Positions 1-10,649 of a stretch of DNA of 64,000 nt are shown here, piece after piece. Source of the stretch: Promethearchaeota archaeon Loki_b32. Its GTDB lineage: Archaea > Asgardarchaeota > Lokiarchaeia > Sigyniarchaeales > SOKP01. The notes beneath the pieces were generated by a model that saw nothing but the letters and a program-made list of their open reading frames with translations, did not search any database and was not told where the DNA came from. The translations under genes were made by a program, and so were the position numbers. Position 1 is the first letter of the stretch. Each line of letters opens with the position of its first letter. The stretch lies in contig NJBH01000004.1 in the NCBI GenBank assembly GCA_005223125.1, positions 127,401-191,400 of the forward strand. Direction: 5' to 3'.

Positions 1-103
1 GTTTACCTAATCCCGTTGCAACAAGTTTTGAAGCTTTCTCTACTATTTCTAGTTTCTTTCCATCTTCTACATCTTGATTTGTTTGTATTTTTAGATATGG
101 CAT
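1..103 (-). CDS. MIF/phenylpyruvate tautomerase family protein, runs off window edge
   Basis: Not in ORF track. Minus strand reads MPYLKIQTNQDVEDGKKLEIVEKASKLVATGLGK; catalytic Pro1 after Met removal; AGGAGG SD upstream (cctcct 111-116). Confidence 0.75.
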   Translation of the reverse strand, partial: MPYLKIQTNQDVEDGKKLEIVEKASKLVATGLGK

Positions 104-465
104 AAACATTCCTCCTGATAATAATCATTATTAGAATCCGAAAGAGGGAATAGCAAAATCATTCATTGCGCTAAGACTTTTTGAGACCAAATAGTTATTG
201 TCGGGATTGGCTTTGGAAAATCGATGTAAGAAAAAGAAACTTACTACGGGGATAAAGGTTCCAAGATATATGGAAATAGTTAGTAATAAAGAGAATAAAA
301 TTGCATTTCTAAAATTAGTTGTTTCTGACATGTTTAGATATAGGAAATTTATTATTAAAAAGTTAAGTATCTTTAGTTTTTTAGTAATTCCCAAAACAAA
401 GGTTTTAAATTAAAAAAAAATGAGTTAGGTTTCATTAATTTTTCAGCCTATTTCTTTATTTCTTA

Positions 466-1059
466 TTATCCATAATCAAACTCAGTTTCGAATTGTATTC
501 CAAACTCTACTTCTAAAAATGGGACTATCTCTTTATAGTGTTTTTGGGTAATATAAGTATAATCTTTCCCTAAACTTAATTTAGAGTTAAAACTTAACCC
601 TCCTTGAAATTCAAAGCCGATATGACTAAAGGCATTCAAAGCATTTTTGCGAATATTTAAATCCAAATCCTTAACCCCATCTATGGAATCTAAAACTTCT
701 TCATCATCTCTAATTAAATCAAATATGATTCTCTTCTTAGATGTAGTATTAAAGTAATCAACCCAGGTCTTCCAAATTATATCGACATACAATGTAAGGT
801 ATTCAATAGTTTCCAGATCTAAATTTCTTATGATCTTTAATGCTTCTCTAGCACCATCAATACCAGATGGTAATAGTTGCTTTTTATATTTATAAGGGTG
901 ATTTAGATCTAGTTCTTCTTGATGTTTTTTAATTCGGATTTCTGCAATTTCTTTCTTCTCTAGGTATAACTCATTTAATTTGTTTTTTTCTGCCTCTGGA
1001 CCTTGATGGAAACGATATTGGTTTAAATCATAATCTAAAACATCGAGAAAATATTTATT
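466..1059 (-). pseudogene. 5'-truncated hypothetical protein
   Basis: Frame of ORF 466-792 stays open upstream (DVLDYDLNQYRFHQGPEAEK...) to a TAA near 1060 with no ATG. Confidence 0.4.
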
Positions 1060-1191
1060 TTACTATAGTACTATAAATTTTGATGAAATCGATGAGGTCA
1101 ACTTAGAAGATACCTCACAAGAAATATACGAATATATTTCAGATTTTTTTATTAAAATTCAAAATTTTATTTATCCGGAGTGAGATAAAAA

Positions 1192-1557
1192 ATGGAAAAA
1201 GATATAATCTTGAATGATATGATAGAAAAAATATTACTTGATGATAAAAGTCTAAAGGCAATGAAAGAAGCAATTGATAAGGTAAGTAAAGGAATAATGA
1301 CAGCAAAACATTTTCGTGAAAAATATATTAAAAAACGAGAAAATGAATTCCGCCAGTTATGTAATTTATTTCCTTATTACATGAAGCAGGTGATGAATCA
1401 ACAGCCAATCAAAGACTTTACATAACATACTAACGACCTTCAATTGGAAAAAGAATTACAGGAAAGAAATCAATTTCTTGAGCAGGTTGGATTACGGGTA
1501 AGGATTCTTTATGAGAAATTAAGGAATCTTCAAGAAGCTAATGTTATATCCCGTTAA
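1192..1557 (+). pseudogene. hypothetical protein with one internal TAA
   Basis: ORF 1192-1425 continues in frame after TAA (HTNDLQLEKELQERNQFLEQVGLRVRILYEKLRNLQEANVISR*) to 1557. Confidence 0.45.
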
Positions 1558-1619
1558 ACCTAATTGACAATAGATAAGAATGTATATAAAGGAAATTAAC
1601 CTCATTATTAATTACTTAC

Positions 1620-3392
1620 ATGTATGGCGAAAATAAGATGAAATCAAATGCAAAATCAAATTTAATCATTATGGGAATCCTTTTCGCTTTATTACCAATA
1701 ATTACAACTAATCTTAGTTATAATACGGACAATAATAACAAAAGTTTGAACTATTGCGATGATTTTACTTTAGATAAGAATAATTTGAAAACCTTAGCAG
1801 TTTCGGGAAAAATTCATATTGACAACAATTGGACTGCTGCTGAGGCTGCGGGAATATGTACAGGGAATGGCACTTATTCCAACCCTTATATTATAGAAGA
1901 TTTGGTAATAGATGGCGGAGGTTCGGGAAGTTGTATCATGATTGAAAATTCTGATGTGTACTTTAGGATTGAGAACTGTTCTGTCTATAATTCGGGAGGA
2001 TATCCAAATGCGGGTGCTGGTATCCAATTAAACAATGTTACTAAAGGAAAATTAGTTATAAACAATTGTACATCTAATGCTTATGGGATATCTTTATATG
2101 ATTGTAATAATAACACCATTTCGGGAAATACTGTTGATAATAACAATTTAAATGGGATATATTTAGATTTTAGTGATAATAACATCATCTCGGGAAACTC
2201 CGCTGATAACAATCATTATGGGATATATTTAGATAGCCAATGTGATAATAACAATATTTCAGGAAACTCCGCTGATAACAATCATTATGGGATATTTTTA
2301 TTTGATAATTGTGATAATAACATCATCTCGGGAAACACCGCAAATTACAACTCTTATGGGATATATTTAGTGTATAGTGATTATAACACGGTCTCAGGAA
2401 ACACCGCAAATTACAACACTTATGGGATATATTTATGGGATAGTAAAAATACCACTATTTCGGGAAACATAATGAATGAATGTGGATTAAACTTTTGGCG
2501 TTCTTTTGAAGAACTAAATATTGATACTACAAATTTAGTGAATGGAAAACCTTTATATTATTACAGCAATGACGTAAATTTAGGACCAGCCAATTTTATA
2601 AACGCTGGGCAAGTAATATTGGTCAATTGTAGTGATTCACTCATATCAAACTTGAATGTTTCTTACAGTTCTAATGGAATTTCATTATATTATTGTATTA
2701 ACAACACCATCTCGGGAAATACTGTTGATAATAACAATTTAAATGGGATATATTTACGTTATAGTGATAATAACATCATCTCGGGAAACATCGCAATTGA
2801 CAACGCCAATTATGGGATATTTTTATTTGATAATTGTGATAATAACATCGTCTCGGGAAACACCGCAATTAACAACTATTGGGCTGGGATAGGATTATTT
2901 TATAGTATTAATAGTACGATTTCGGGAAATACTGCAAGTGACAATAAGTATGGGATAGATATATGGCATAGTTATAATAATATAATCTCGGGAAACACCG
3001 CAAATTACAACTCTTATGGGATATATTTAGAGGATAGTGGTTATAACACGGTCTCAGGAAACACCGCAAATTACAACACTTATGGGATATGTTTAGAGTA
3101 TAGTGGTTATAACACGGTCTCAGGAAACACCGCAAATTACAATTATAGGTACGGGATGAATTTGTGTGAGAGTAATTATAACGTTATTTCGGGAAATACC
3201 TTAATAGGAAATGATGCATGCATCGTAGAAGATAATTGTGTAGGGAATGAATTTAGTGATAATGGCTCTTGTACCTATGGTGACGGTGGTAGTAAAGGAG
3301 ATGGAACGATTTCAGGATATAATCTATTCTTTCTGCTTGCCATTCTTTCGGTTGCTGTAATCCTTATAAGCAAAAAACTAAAGAAAGGTTAA
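1620..3392 (+). CDS. NosD/right-handed parallel beta-helix surface protein with Loki-CTERM-type anchor
   Basis: Signal peptide, GxGTYSNPYIIEDLVIDGGGSGSCI motif, many NN(T/I)ISGN repeats, C-terminal SGY + hydrophobic segment + KKLKK. Confidence 0.9.
   Translation: MYGENKMKSNAKSNLIIMGILFALLPIITTNLSYNTDNNNKSLNYCDDFTLDKNNLKTLAVSGKIHIDNNWTAAEAAGICTGNGTYSNPYIIEDLVIDGGGSGSCIMIENSDVYFRIENCSVYNSGGYPNAGAGIQLNNVTKGKLVINNCTSNAYGISLYDCNNNTISGNTVDNNNLNGIYLDFSDNNIISGNSADNNHYGIYLDSQCDNNNISGNSADNNHYGIFLFDNCDNNIISGNTANYNSYGIYLVYSDYNTVSGNTANYNTYGIYLWDSKNTTISGNIMNECGLNFWRSFEELNIDTTNLVNGKPLYYYSNDVNLGPANFINAGQVILVNCSDSLISNLNVSYSSNGISLYYCINNTISGNTVDNNNLNGIYLRYSDNNIISGNIAIDNANYGIFLFDNCDNNIVSGNTAINNYWAGIGLFYSINSTISGNTASDNKYGIDIWHSYNNIISGNTANYNSYGIYLEDSGYNTVSGNTANYNTYGICLEYSGYNTVSGNTANYNYRYGMNLCESNYNVISGNTLIGNDACIVEDNCVGNEFSDNGSCTYGDGGSKGDGTISGYNLFFLLAILSVAVILISKKLKKG
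2113..3142 (+). repeat. intragenic ~66-69 bp tandem repeats and a 660-bp-offset block duplication
   Basis: 2321-2430 is near identical to 2981-3090; ttataacacggtctcaggaaacaccgcaaattacaa occurs three times. Confidence 0.85.
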
Positions 3393-3467
3393 ATTCTATT
3401 TTTTTCTTTTTTATTCTATTTTTTTCAGCTCTCGACTGAATTATATTTAAAGGCAAAATTTTATTTT

Positions 3468-3597
3468 GCCCCCCAAAAATAACCCCAAAACCATTTCCCA
3501 AGAATAATCCAACATACATTGATCCGAATCTTTTTCCTCTTTCATTTGAAATAAATAAATCTCCAATTATAGAAAATCCAATTATTGCATTAGTCTT
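3468..3597 (-). pseudogene. MFS transporter fragment
   Basis: Startless frame NAIIGFSIIGDLFISNERGKRFGSMYVGLFLGNGFGVIFGG resembles MFS TM4-loop-TM5. Confidence 0.55.
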
Positions 3598-3783
3598 TTA
3601 AATTTTTGTTACATTAATCTTATAGGTCTTCAATTTAATCTTTTAGAATGATTAAAGCAATGTATAAAATCTAGAAGATCAATTATTACTTTTTCTTTAG
3701 CTATTCTGGATATTAGAAGTGAGCACACTAACTTTCATACTCACCGATCGTATCCATTATTTATACCAACAAGAGACTTATCT

Positions 3784-5250
3784 TCACACATTATCTGGGT
3801 TCCAAAATGATTTTACTCCATGGAAGTCTTTGAAGTTCTTTATATTATGGATAAGGACCTTGAGCATTGAAAAAAATTTGTAAGAATTTGTGGTACTTCT
3901 ATAAAATGATTTCAGCAAAAAATTAGGATTCATAAAAAACTGCTTTAGCATTACCAGAATTAAATTAGAAATCTTTTCTGTTGGTACTCCATTCGGGTCA
4001 ATGTCAGAGATATGAACTCCTTCTTCCCAATATTTATCTTCATCAAGAATATTTTTCTCAACCATTTCATCCCAAATATCAGTTCCAGGCATTGTTCCAA
4101 GAAGATTATAAACGGGAAAATCAATGTCTATTTTTTGAGCAAACTTTAATGTATTATATATCTCTTTAAAAGTTTCACTAGGTGCACCAACAATAAATGA
4201 ACCTAAGATAAATGGAATTTTTGCTTTTCGTGTTTTTTTTACTGCAGCGATTGATTGTGCCGGTGTAATTCCTTTTTTATAATAGTCAAGAATTCTTTGA
4301 TTTGCACTTTCTACACCAAAAAAAATAATTCTGCAATTTGCTCTTTTCATTTCCCTCAACATTTCATCAGAGACTTGATTTACCCTTCCTTCACATATCC
4401 AATCAAGATCTACTTTATGTTTTTGCATTAATCGACAAAGCCTTATGACTCTTTTTTTCGATACTGTAAAATTATCATCTACAAAATTTAGATATTTATA
4501 TCCTTCACTATCTAAATGTAAGATTTCTTCCATAATATTCTCTACAGAACGGGTTCTAAATCCAACAGTTCTTTTTCCATAACAAAAAGTACAATGATAA
4601 GGGCACCCTCGAGAGGAAACCATAGATGTAAAACCCTTGGGTGCAAATTCCAACCCCCCAAAACTTCCTTTATAATCCATTTTCAAAGCTTTTCTATCCG
4701 GGAGTGGGATAGAGTCAAGATCTTTAATTAGAGGGCGTTGTTCATTTCTCTTGAATTTTCCATTTTCTCTATAAGTTAAACCTTTAATATCTTTTAACGG
4801 TTGATTTCTTTCTAGTGCTTTTACTAATTCTAGGAAGGTATATTCCCCTTCATCTCTTACACAAATATCAACTTGGGAGTATTTATTTAGAATTCTATAA
4901 TCATTATGGTTTGCATGTCGATTTCCAAACACTATCTTAATATTGGGGTTCCACTTTTTTACTTCGATAGAAGTTAAGGCTGCACTAATTCCTGATCCTG
5001 ATACTGTTAAAGTAGAAAATCCTAAAATGTCCGGGTCTTGCTTTTTAATCCATCTTACTATTTGCTGTAAATTAAAACCTCTTGCTGCTTGGTCAATTAT
5101 ATCAACTTGATAATTTTCTTTTTTTAATACCGCACTTAGATAGCAGATACCTAAAGGAGGATATATATGATCTGCATTTACGATAATTCTACCTTTACTT
5201 AGAATTTCTCCTGGCCCTGGATTTACTAACGCGATTTTAAATATCTTCAC
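3784..5250 (-). CDS. B12-binding radical SAM protein
   Basis: N-terminal PPLGICYL cobalamin-binding domain; SRGCPYHCTFC CxxxCxxC. Confidence 0.92.
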   Translation of the reverse strand: MKIFKIALVNPGPGEILSKGRIIVNADHIYPPLGICYLSAVLKKENYQVDIIDQAARGFNLQQIVRWIKKQDPDILGFSTLTVSGSGISAALTSIEVKKWNPNIKIVFGNRHANHNDYRILNKYSQVDICVRDEGEYTFLELVKALERNQPLKDIKGLTYRENGKFKRNEQRPLIKDLDSIPLPDRKALKMDYKGSFGGLEFAPKGFTSMVSSRGCPYHCTFCYGKRTVGFRTRSVENIMEEILHLDSEGYKYLNFVDDNFTVSKKRVIRLCRLMQKHKVDLDWICEGRVNQVSDEMLREMKRANCRIIFFGVESANQRILDYYKKGITPAQSIAAVKKTRKAKIPFILGSFIVGAPSETFKEIYNTLKFAQKIDIDFPVYNLLGTMPGTDIWDEMVEKNILDEDKYWEEGVHISDIDPNGVPTEKISNLILVMLKQFFMNPNFLLKSFYRSTTNSYKFFSMLKVLIHNIKNFKDFHGVKSFWNPDNV

Positions 5251-5415
5251 CGTTTATTTATTGATTATTAGATGTTTTCTCTCTAATTAAAAATAAAAAT
5301 CTTTATTGATTATCTTTCAATTATTCTTAAATAATTTAATTTTAATCAAATATTTGTAGTTTCTTTTAGTTTATGAATACTAAATTAAGGAATTAATTAA
5401 AATTAGTGAATTATA

Positions 5416-6291
5416 TTGTTAAAAGGAAAAAATGTAGTAATAACTGGAGCAGGTAGAGGGATTGGAAAAGCAATAGCATTAGCATGTGCCAAAGAAGGAG
5501 CAAATCTAGGTTTAGTCGCAAGAACAATCGAAGAACTGAATAATATTAAGAAGGAAGTAGAAGATCTAGGAACAAATATGAAGGTTATTGTTCAATCAGC
5601 AGATGTTACTAATTTTCAAGAAGTAATGGAAGCTTTTATGACAATTCATGAAGAAATTGGTTTTTTTAATGGTGTAATCGCAAATGCAGGTTATTCTCGA
5701 ATGTGGGCCACTCATGAATTTATTAACGAAAAATTTGCTGAAATTTTAAATGTGAACGTACTCGGAGTCTTTTACACATTTAAAGCAGCTTATCCTTACA
5801 TGAAGAAGGATGATAAAAAAGATAAAGCAAGATTTATTATAACTGGAAGTGAAGCATATCCAAACGCTCCATCAAGACTTACTGCATATGTCGCAAGTAA
5901 ATTTGCCGTTGTAGGAATGCAAAAAGCCATGTCAGCAGAATATAAAAGAGAGAATATTAATTTTACTATGGTATTACCAACACAAATAGATACACGTTTA
6001 TTGAGAGGAAAGAAAGCAGGAGATGGAAACAAACCGGAGCATGTTTTAAATCCTTGGGATTTAAATGATTATTATCTTTTTCTATTATCTGAAAAAGCTA
6101 ATAGAGTTGATAATGGTCTAATCTTTACCTACGACTTTCAAGAAGTAAAGAAATTATTAGCTGAAGCTCCTTCAGGCAAGAAGGAGAATTGGGAGGTTTT
6201 CAAAGATTTTTTTGAGGAAAAAGCTCCAAAAAGTTATGAAAACGTTAAAAATCTTGGAAAACTCGTTGATTTTATTATTACTCGGTCTTAA
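5416..6291 (+). CDS. short-chain dehydrogenase/reductase
   Basis: TGAGRGIG, ANAG, YVASK (YxxxK). Confidence 0.92.
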   Translation: MLKGKNVVITGAGRGIGKAIALACAKEGANLGLVARTIEELNNIKKEVEDLGTNMKVIVQSADVTNFQEVMEAFMTIHEEIGFFNGVIANAGYSRMWATHEFINEKFAEILNVNVLGVFYTFKAAYPYMKKDDKKDKARFIITGSEAYPNAPSRLTAYVASKFAVVGMQKAMSAEYKRENINFTMVLPTQIDTRLLRGKKAGDGNKPEHVLNPWDLNDYYLFLLSEKANRVDNGLIFTYDFQEVKKLLAEAPSGKKENWEVFKDFFEEKAPKSYENVKNLGKLVDFIITRS

Positions 6292-6453
6292 GAATTAATT
6301 CTATAGTTTTTATTTCTACATTTAAAATTATTATTTTTCATTGAAAAGAATAAAATAAAGTTAAAATAATTTTAAACTCTTATCTAATTGAAGAGTTAAC
6401 ATTTATAAAATAATAGATTAAACCTCCAAGTTAACCTTTGAGGGATAATTATT

Positions 6454-8109
6454 ATGACTGAACACGACAAAATTAAACAAGATAAGGAAGAATGGGAAAA
6501 TTCTATTTCACTTAAAAAAGAAAGAAAACAAAGTTTTAGGAACTTATCTGAAATAGAAATTAATAGATTATATACTCCCAATGATATTAAAGATTTTAAT
6601 TATGCTCTTGATTTAGGATTTCCAGGTCAATACCCCTTTACACGAGGAGCATATCCAAATATGTATAGAGGGCAACTATGGACTATGCGTCAATTCGCAG
6701 GATTTGGAAATGCAGAACAAACAAATAAACGCTATAAATTTTTAATTAATCATGGTAATACTGGTTTAAGTGTAGCTTTTAGTTTGCATACTATTTATGG
6801 CATTGATGCAACTGATCCAAGAGCCTTAGGGGAAATTGGTAAGGAGGGTGTAGCAATAGATTCTCTAAAAGATATGCAAACTTTATTTGATGGGATTGAC
6901 CTTTCAAAGATAAGTACTTCTATGACTATTAATGGTCCTGCTTCAATTTTACTAGCCTTATATATTGTGACCGCTGAAAAACAAGGCCATACTCCAGATC
7001 AGTTAAGAGGAACTATTCAAAATGATATTTTGAAAGAATATATTGCTCAAAAATCGTGGATTTTTCCTCCTGAACCATCAATGCGAATTATAATTGATAC
7101 GATAGAGTATTGTGCAAAATACGTCCCTCAATGGTATACCATAAGTATAAGTGGTTATCACATCAGAGAAGCGGGATCTACAGCAGTTCAAGAATTAGCT
7201 TTTACATTAGCAGATGGTTTTGCATATGTTGAAGCTGCGTTAGAGAGAGGCTTGGACATAGATGATTTTGCGCCTCGTTTATCCTTTTTCTTTAATTCAC
7301 ACAATAATTTTTTTGAGGAAGTGTGCAAATATCGAGCAGCAAGACGAATATGGGCTAGACATATGAAAAATAAATATGAAGCAAAGAAACCAGAATCAAT
7401 GCGATTAAGATTTCATACGCAAACCGCAGGAGTATCATTAGCAGCTCAAGAACCTGAAAATAATATCGCAAGAGTTACTCTACAAGCACTAGCTTCGGTT
7501 CTAGGAGGAACTCAATCATTACACACTAATTCTTTTGATGAGGCATTATGTCTTCCAACAGAAAATGCTGTGAAAATTGCGTTACGAACTCAACAAATAA
7601 TTGCTTATGAATCAGGAGTAACAGATACAGTTGATCCATTAGCAGGTTCTTATTATGTAGAATGGCTCACAAATAAAATGGAAGAAGAAGCAGAAAACTA
7701 TTTTCAACAAATTGAAGACCTTGGAGGTGTGATTCCCGCAATAAAAGCTAATTTCTTTCAAAAAGAAATTGCTAATGCTTCTTATAAATATCAGCAAGAA
7801 ATTGAGAATAGAGAAAGAACAATCGTTGCTGTAAATCAATTTGAACAAAGAGAACCATGCTCTGTACCTCTTTTAAAAATTGATGAAGAGATTGCGAATG
7901 AGCAAATTAGAAAACTTAATAAATTAAAAGAAGAACGAGATAATAAAAAAGTTAATGAGAAATTAGAAAGATTAAAAGAAGCAGCCAAAGGAACAGAAAA
8001 TTTAATGCCATTCATTATTGATGCAATAAGAGAATATGCATCCATAGGAGAGATTATAAATGTTTTAAAAGAAATTTTTGGTGCATATCATGAGGATTCA
8101 ATATACTAG
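6454..8109 (+). CDS. B12-dependent acyl-CoA mutase large subunit (isobutyryl-CoA mutase-like)
   Basis: GQYPFTRG, WTMRQFAGFG, QNDILKEYIAQ, GYHIREAG, HTNSFDEA. Confidence 0.92.
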   Translation: MTEHDKIKQDKEEWENSISLKKERKQSFRNLSEIEINRLYTPNDIKDFNYALDLGFPGQYPFTRGAYPNMYRGQLWTMRQFAGFGNAEQTNKRYKFLINHGNTGLSVAFSLHTIYGIDATDPRALGEIGKEGVAIDSLKDMQTLFDGIDLSKISTSMTINGPASILLALYIVTAEKQGHTPDQLRGTIQNDILKEYIAQKSWIFPPEPSMRIIIDTIEYCAKYVPQWYTISISGYHIREAGSTAVQELAFTLADGFAYVEAALERGLDIDDFAPRLSFFFNSHNNFFEEVCKYRAARRIWARHMKNKYEAKKPESMRLRFHTQTAGVSLAAQEPENNIARVTLQALASVLGGTQSLHTNSFDEALCLPTENAVKIALRTQQIIAYESGVTDTVDPLAGSYYVEWLTNKMEEEAENYFQQIEDLGGVIPAIKANFFQKEIANASYKYQQEIENRERTIVAVNQFEQREPCSVPLLKIDEEIANEQIRKLNKLKEERDNKKVNEKLERLKEAAKGTENLMPFIIDAIREYASIGEIINVLKEIFGAYHEDSIY

Positions 8110-8119
8110 GTGATATCAA

Positions 8120-8521
8120 ATGTCAAAAGAAAGAAAAATCAAGGTTCTATGTTGTAAACCCGGGCTTGATGGTCATGATAGAGGTGTTAAAGTTCTAGCA
8201 AGAGCTCTAAGAGATGCAGGAATGGAAGTAATTTACACTGGCATACACCAAACTCCAGATGATATTGTAAATACCGTTATCCAGGAAGACCCGGATGCTG
8301 TAATGTTAAGTATGTTATCTGGCTCTCATAATGCAATATGCCCTATTATCATGGATAAATTAAAAGAACATGGTATTGATGATGTTCTAGTCGCTGTAGG
8401 TGGCATAATTCCTGATGAAGATAAAACATTCTTAGAAAGTCACGGTCTTAAAGGATTTTATGGTCCTGGTACTGATTTAAAAACGATTGTTGATTTTGTT
8501 AAAAACAACCTAAAAAGATAA
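8120..8521 (+). CDS. acyl-CoA mutase small, cobalamin-binding subunit
   Basis: GLDGHDRG DxHxxG motif, GGIIP. Confidence 0.93.
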   Translation: MSKERKIKVLCCKPGLDGHDRGVKVLARALRDAGMEVIYTGIHQTPDDIVNTVIQEDPDAVMLSMLSGSHNAICPIIMDKLKEHGIDDVLVAVGGIIPDEDKTFLESHGLKGFYGPGTDLKTIVDFVKNNLKR

Positions 8522-8527
8522 TACTAA

Positions 8528-9523
8528 ATGGAATATTCTAATCTTATTTCTCAATTATTAAAAGGACACCCTAGAGCCGCAGCACGTTTAATTACTTTTG
8601 TCGAAAATGATATTGAAGCAGCTGAAGAAATTGTAAATTCTATTTATGAACATACTGGTAATGCATATATTTTAGGTATTACAGGTGCACCTGGAACTGG
8701 TAAATCAACCTTTATTTCAACGTTAATTAAAATTTATGTTGAACAAGGGAAAAAAATTGGAATTATCTGCGTGGATCCAACTTCTCCTTTAACTGGAGGC
8801 GCTCTTTTAGGAGACCGAATCCGCATGAAGCAACTTTTTTCCATTGATAATGTTTTTATTAGAAGTATGGCAAATCGAGGTCAATTAGGAGGACTCGCTA
8901 GAGCAACGGAGGATGTTATAAAAATACTTGATGCATACGGATGTGATATAGTAATCGTTGAAACGGTCGGAGTTGGACAATCTGAAGTAGATATTTTCAA
9001 ATCTGCCCACACTGTTGTAGTATTGTTAGTTCCAGGACTAGGAGATGACATTCAGGCGATAAAGTCAGGTATTATGGAAATTACCGATATTTTTGTGGTA
9101 AATAAAATGGATTTACCGGGCGCAGATAAGAAGATCGCTGAAATACAACAAATGTTAGAGTTTAAGAAGAATTATAAATACGATTCAAAAGAGATAAGTG
9201 AGAAATTTGCTAAAATTGAACAATGGACACCAGAAATTACAAAAGTAAATTCTAAAATTGGAGAAAATTTTGATGAACTTCTGGGACTAATAAAAAAACA
9301 TAAATCATTCTTAGAAGAATCAGGTGTTATTTCGAATTATCTGAAAAATCGAATTACAAATGAGACCATACAGATTTTAAAATATAAATTAACGGAAAAA
9401 GTGGAAGAATTACTGAATTCTGATAAGGAAATAGGTAAATATATTGATCAGGCTATTAAAAAATCGTTAGATCCTTACTCTATGGCAAATCTAATAATTA
9501 AAATGCTAGGTCTTGAGAAATAG
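8528..9523 (+). CDS. meaB: MeaB/ArgK mutase-associated GTPase
   Basis: GAPGTGKS, GGALLGDRIRM, ETVGVGQSE, NKMD; follows the mutase genes. Confidence 0.93.
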   Translation: MEYSNLISQLLKGHPRAAARLITFVENDIEAAEEIVNSIYEHTGNAYILGITGAPGTGKSTFISTLIKIYVEQGKKIGIICVDPTSPLTGGALLGDRIRMKQLFSIDNVFIRSMANRGQLGGLARATEDVIKILDAYGCDIVIVETVGVGQSEVDIFKSAHTVVVLLVPGLGDDIQAIKSGIMEITDIFVVNKMDLPGADKKIAEIQQMLEFKKNYKYDSKEISEKFAKIEQWTPEITKVNSKIGENFDELLGLIKKHKSFLEESGVISNYLKNRITNETIQILKYKLTEKVEELLNSDKEIGKYIDQAIKKSLDPYSMANLIIKMLGLEK

Positions 9524-9619
9524 AAATCTTACCATTTTATTACAAAAAGACAGAAATGAAATGCTTTTAATTTAATCATTCTTTCAGAATTACCAAATAT
9601 TATTTAGGTAGTTTTAAAA

Positions 9620-10255
9620 ATGAAAAACATAACTCTTTCAAATACAAATCTTTTAATTTATCGCATTATTTTTGCGGGATTAAACTGGTTTACTTTAATA
9701 GCAAGCGCAGTTATCTATGCCATTACTTATGGAGTTGTTCTTCCTTGGTTTAATGGCTTTAAAGCCTTCACTATGCAAACAAACTTAATTGTGACTATAT
9801 GGTTTACATTAGCAATTATATGGTATAATAAGCCAGAAACTCTTGATAAAATTTCAGGACCTCTCAAAGGTGCTTTTACACTCTATATTACAATAACTTT
9901 TGTTTTCTTTGCGGTTCTATTGAGCTCCTTTTACCAACCTACGGGATTTGCAGCATTTAGCAATCTAGTTTTGCACTATATTACCCCAATCGCATTTATA
10001 GTCGATTGGGTATTAACAGAAACGAAGGTGAGGTATGAATGGAACTATATGCTCTATTGGATCATTTATCCTATATGTTATGTACTATTTGCTGTTATCC
10101 ATGGTACTTTCACGGGTAATTACTTATATTATTTTCTAGATATAAACGCACTTGGTATTTTTGGGTTTTTTATATATATCTCAATTTTAATTGCATTTGG
10201 GATAGCTTTGGGATGTCTATATATTGCTATTAACAGAAAAAGAACGAAAAACTAA
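9620..10255 (+). CDS. Pr6Pr/FAR-17a-AIG1-like membrane protein
   Basis: FTMQTN, LHYITP, YLYYFLD; multiple TM segments. Confidence 0.75.
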   Translation: MKNITLSNTNLLIYRIIFAGLNWFTLIASAVIYAITYGVVLPWFNGFKAFTMQTNLIVTIWFTLAIIWYNKPETLDKISGPLKGAFTLYITITFVFFAVLLSSFYQPTGFAAFSNLVLHYITPIAFIVDWVLTETKVRYEWNYMLYWIIYPICYVLFAVIHGTFTGNYLYYFLDINALGIFGFFIYISILIAFGIALGCLYIAINRKRTKN

Positions 10256-10309
10256 AAAAAAATCATTTTAAAATGTAGATCTACTTTTATCTCAAGAAAG
10301 GTTTTGATA

Positions 10310-10558
10310 TCATTTTTTTTTAGGATCAATCCATTCAGAATAGATTTCTACAATTGTTAAGGATTTTTTCCTATGACATTTTTCACATTCTTCATCTTCT
10401 ACTTTTTTAAACACAAAATCTCCAGGTTTAAATATTCTTGAAAAGTCTTCTTTACAATTTCCACATTTAAGTACGCTATGTTTTTTTTCAACAAATCTCT
10501 TCTTTCGATCCCAATCCATTATCGCAGGAATTGCAGGGAGTTGCGGTTCTTCAGCCAT
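10310..10558 (-). CDS. small zinc-finger protein
   Basis: CGNC...CEKC; FKPGDFVFK. Confidence 0.75.
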   Translation of the reverse strand: MAEEPQLPAIPAIMDWDRKKRFVEKKHSVLKCGNCKEDFSRIFKPGDFVFKKVEDEECEKCHRKKSLTIVEIYSEWIDPKKK

Positions 10559-10649
10559 TTTTCTTCAATTTATGATAATTAGTATGTTAGATAGAAATTC
10601 AGAATTATTAATCTTTTAGGTTAAATTAAATAAATTTCAAATAATTAAG

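Noticed and set aside
131-413. Overlapping ORFs 131-394 (-) and 198-413 (+)
   Set aside because: No recognisable motifs; cannot decide whether either is real
2113-3142. CRISPR array or DGR template/variable repeat
   Set aside because: Repeats are in-frame coding units; no unique spacers, no cas or reverse transcriptase gene, differences not adenine-specific
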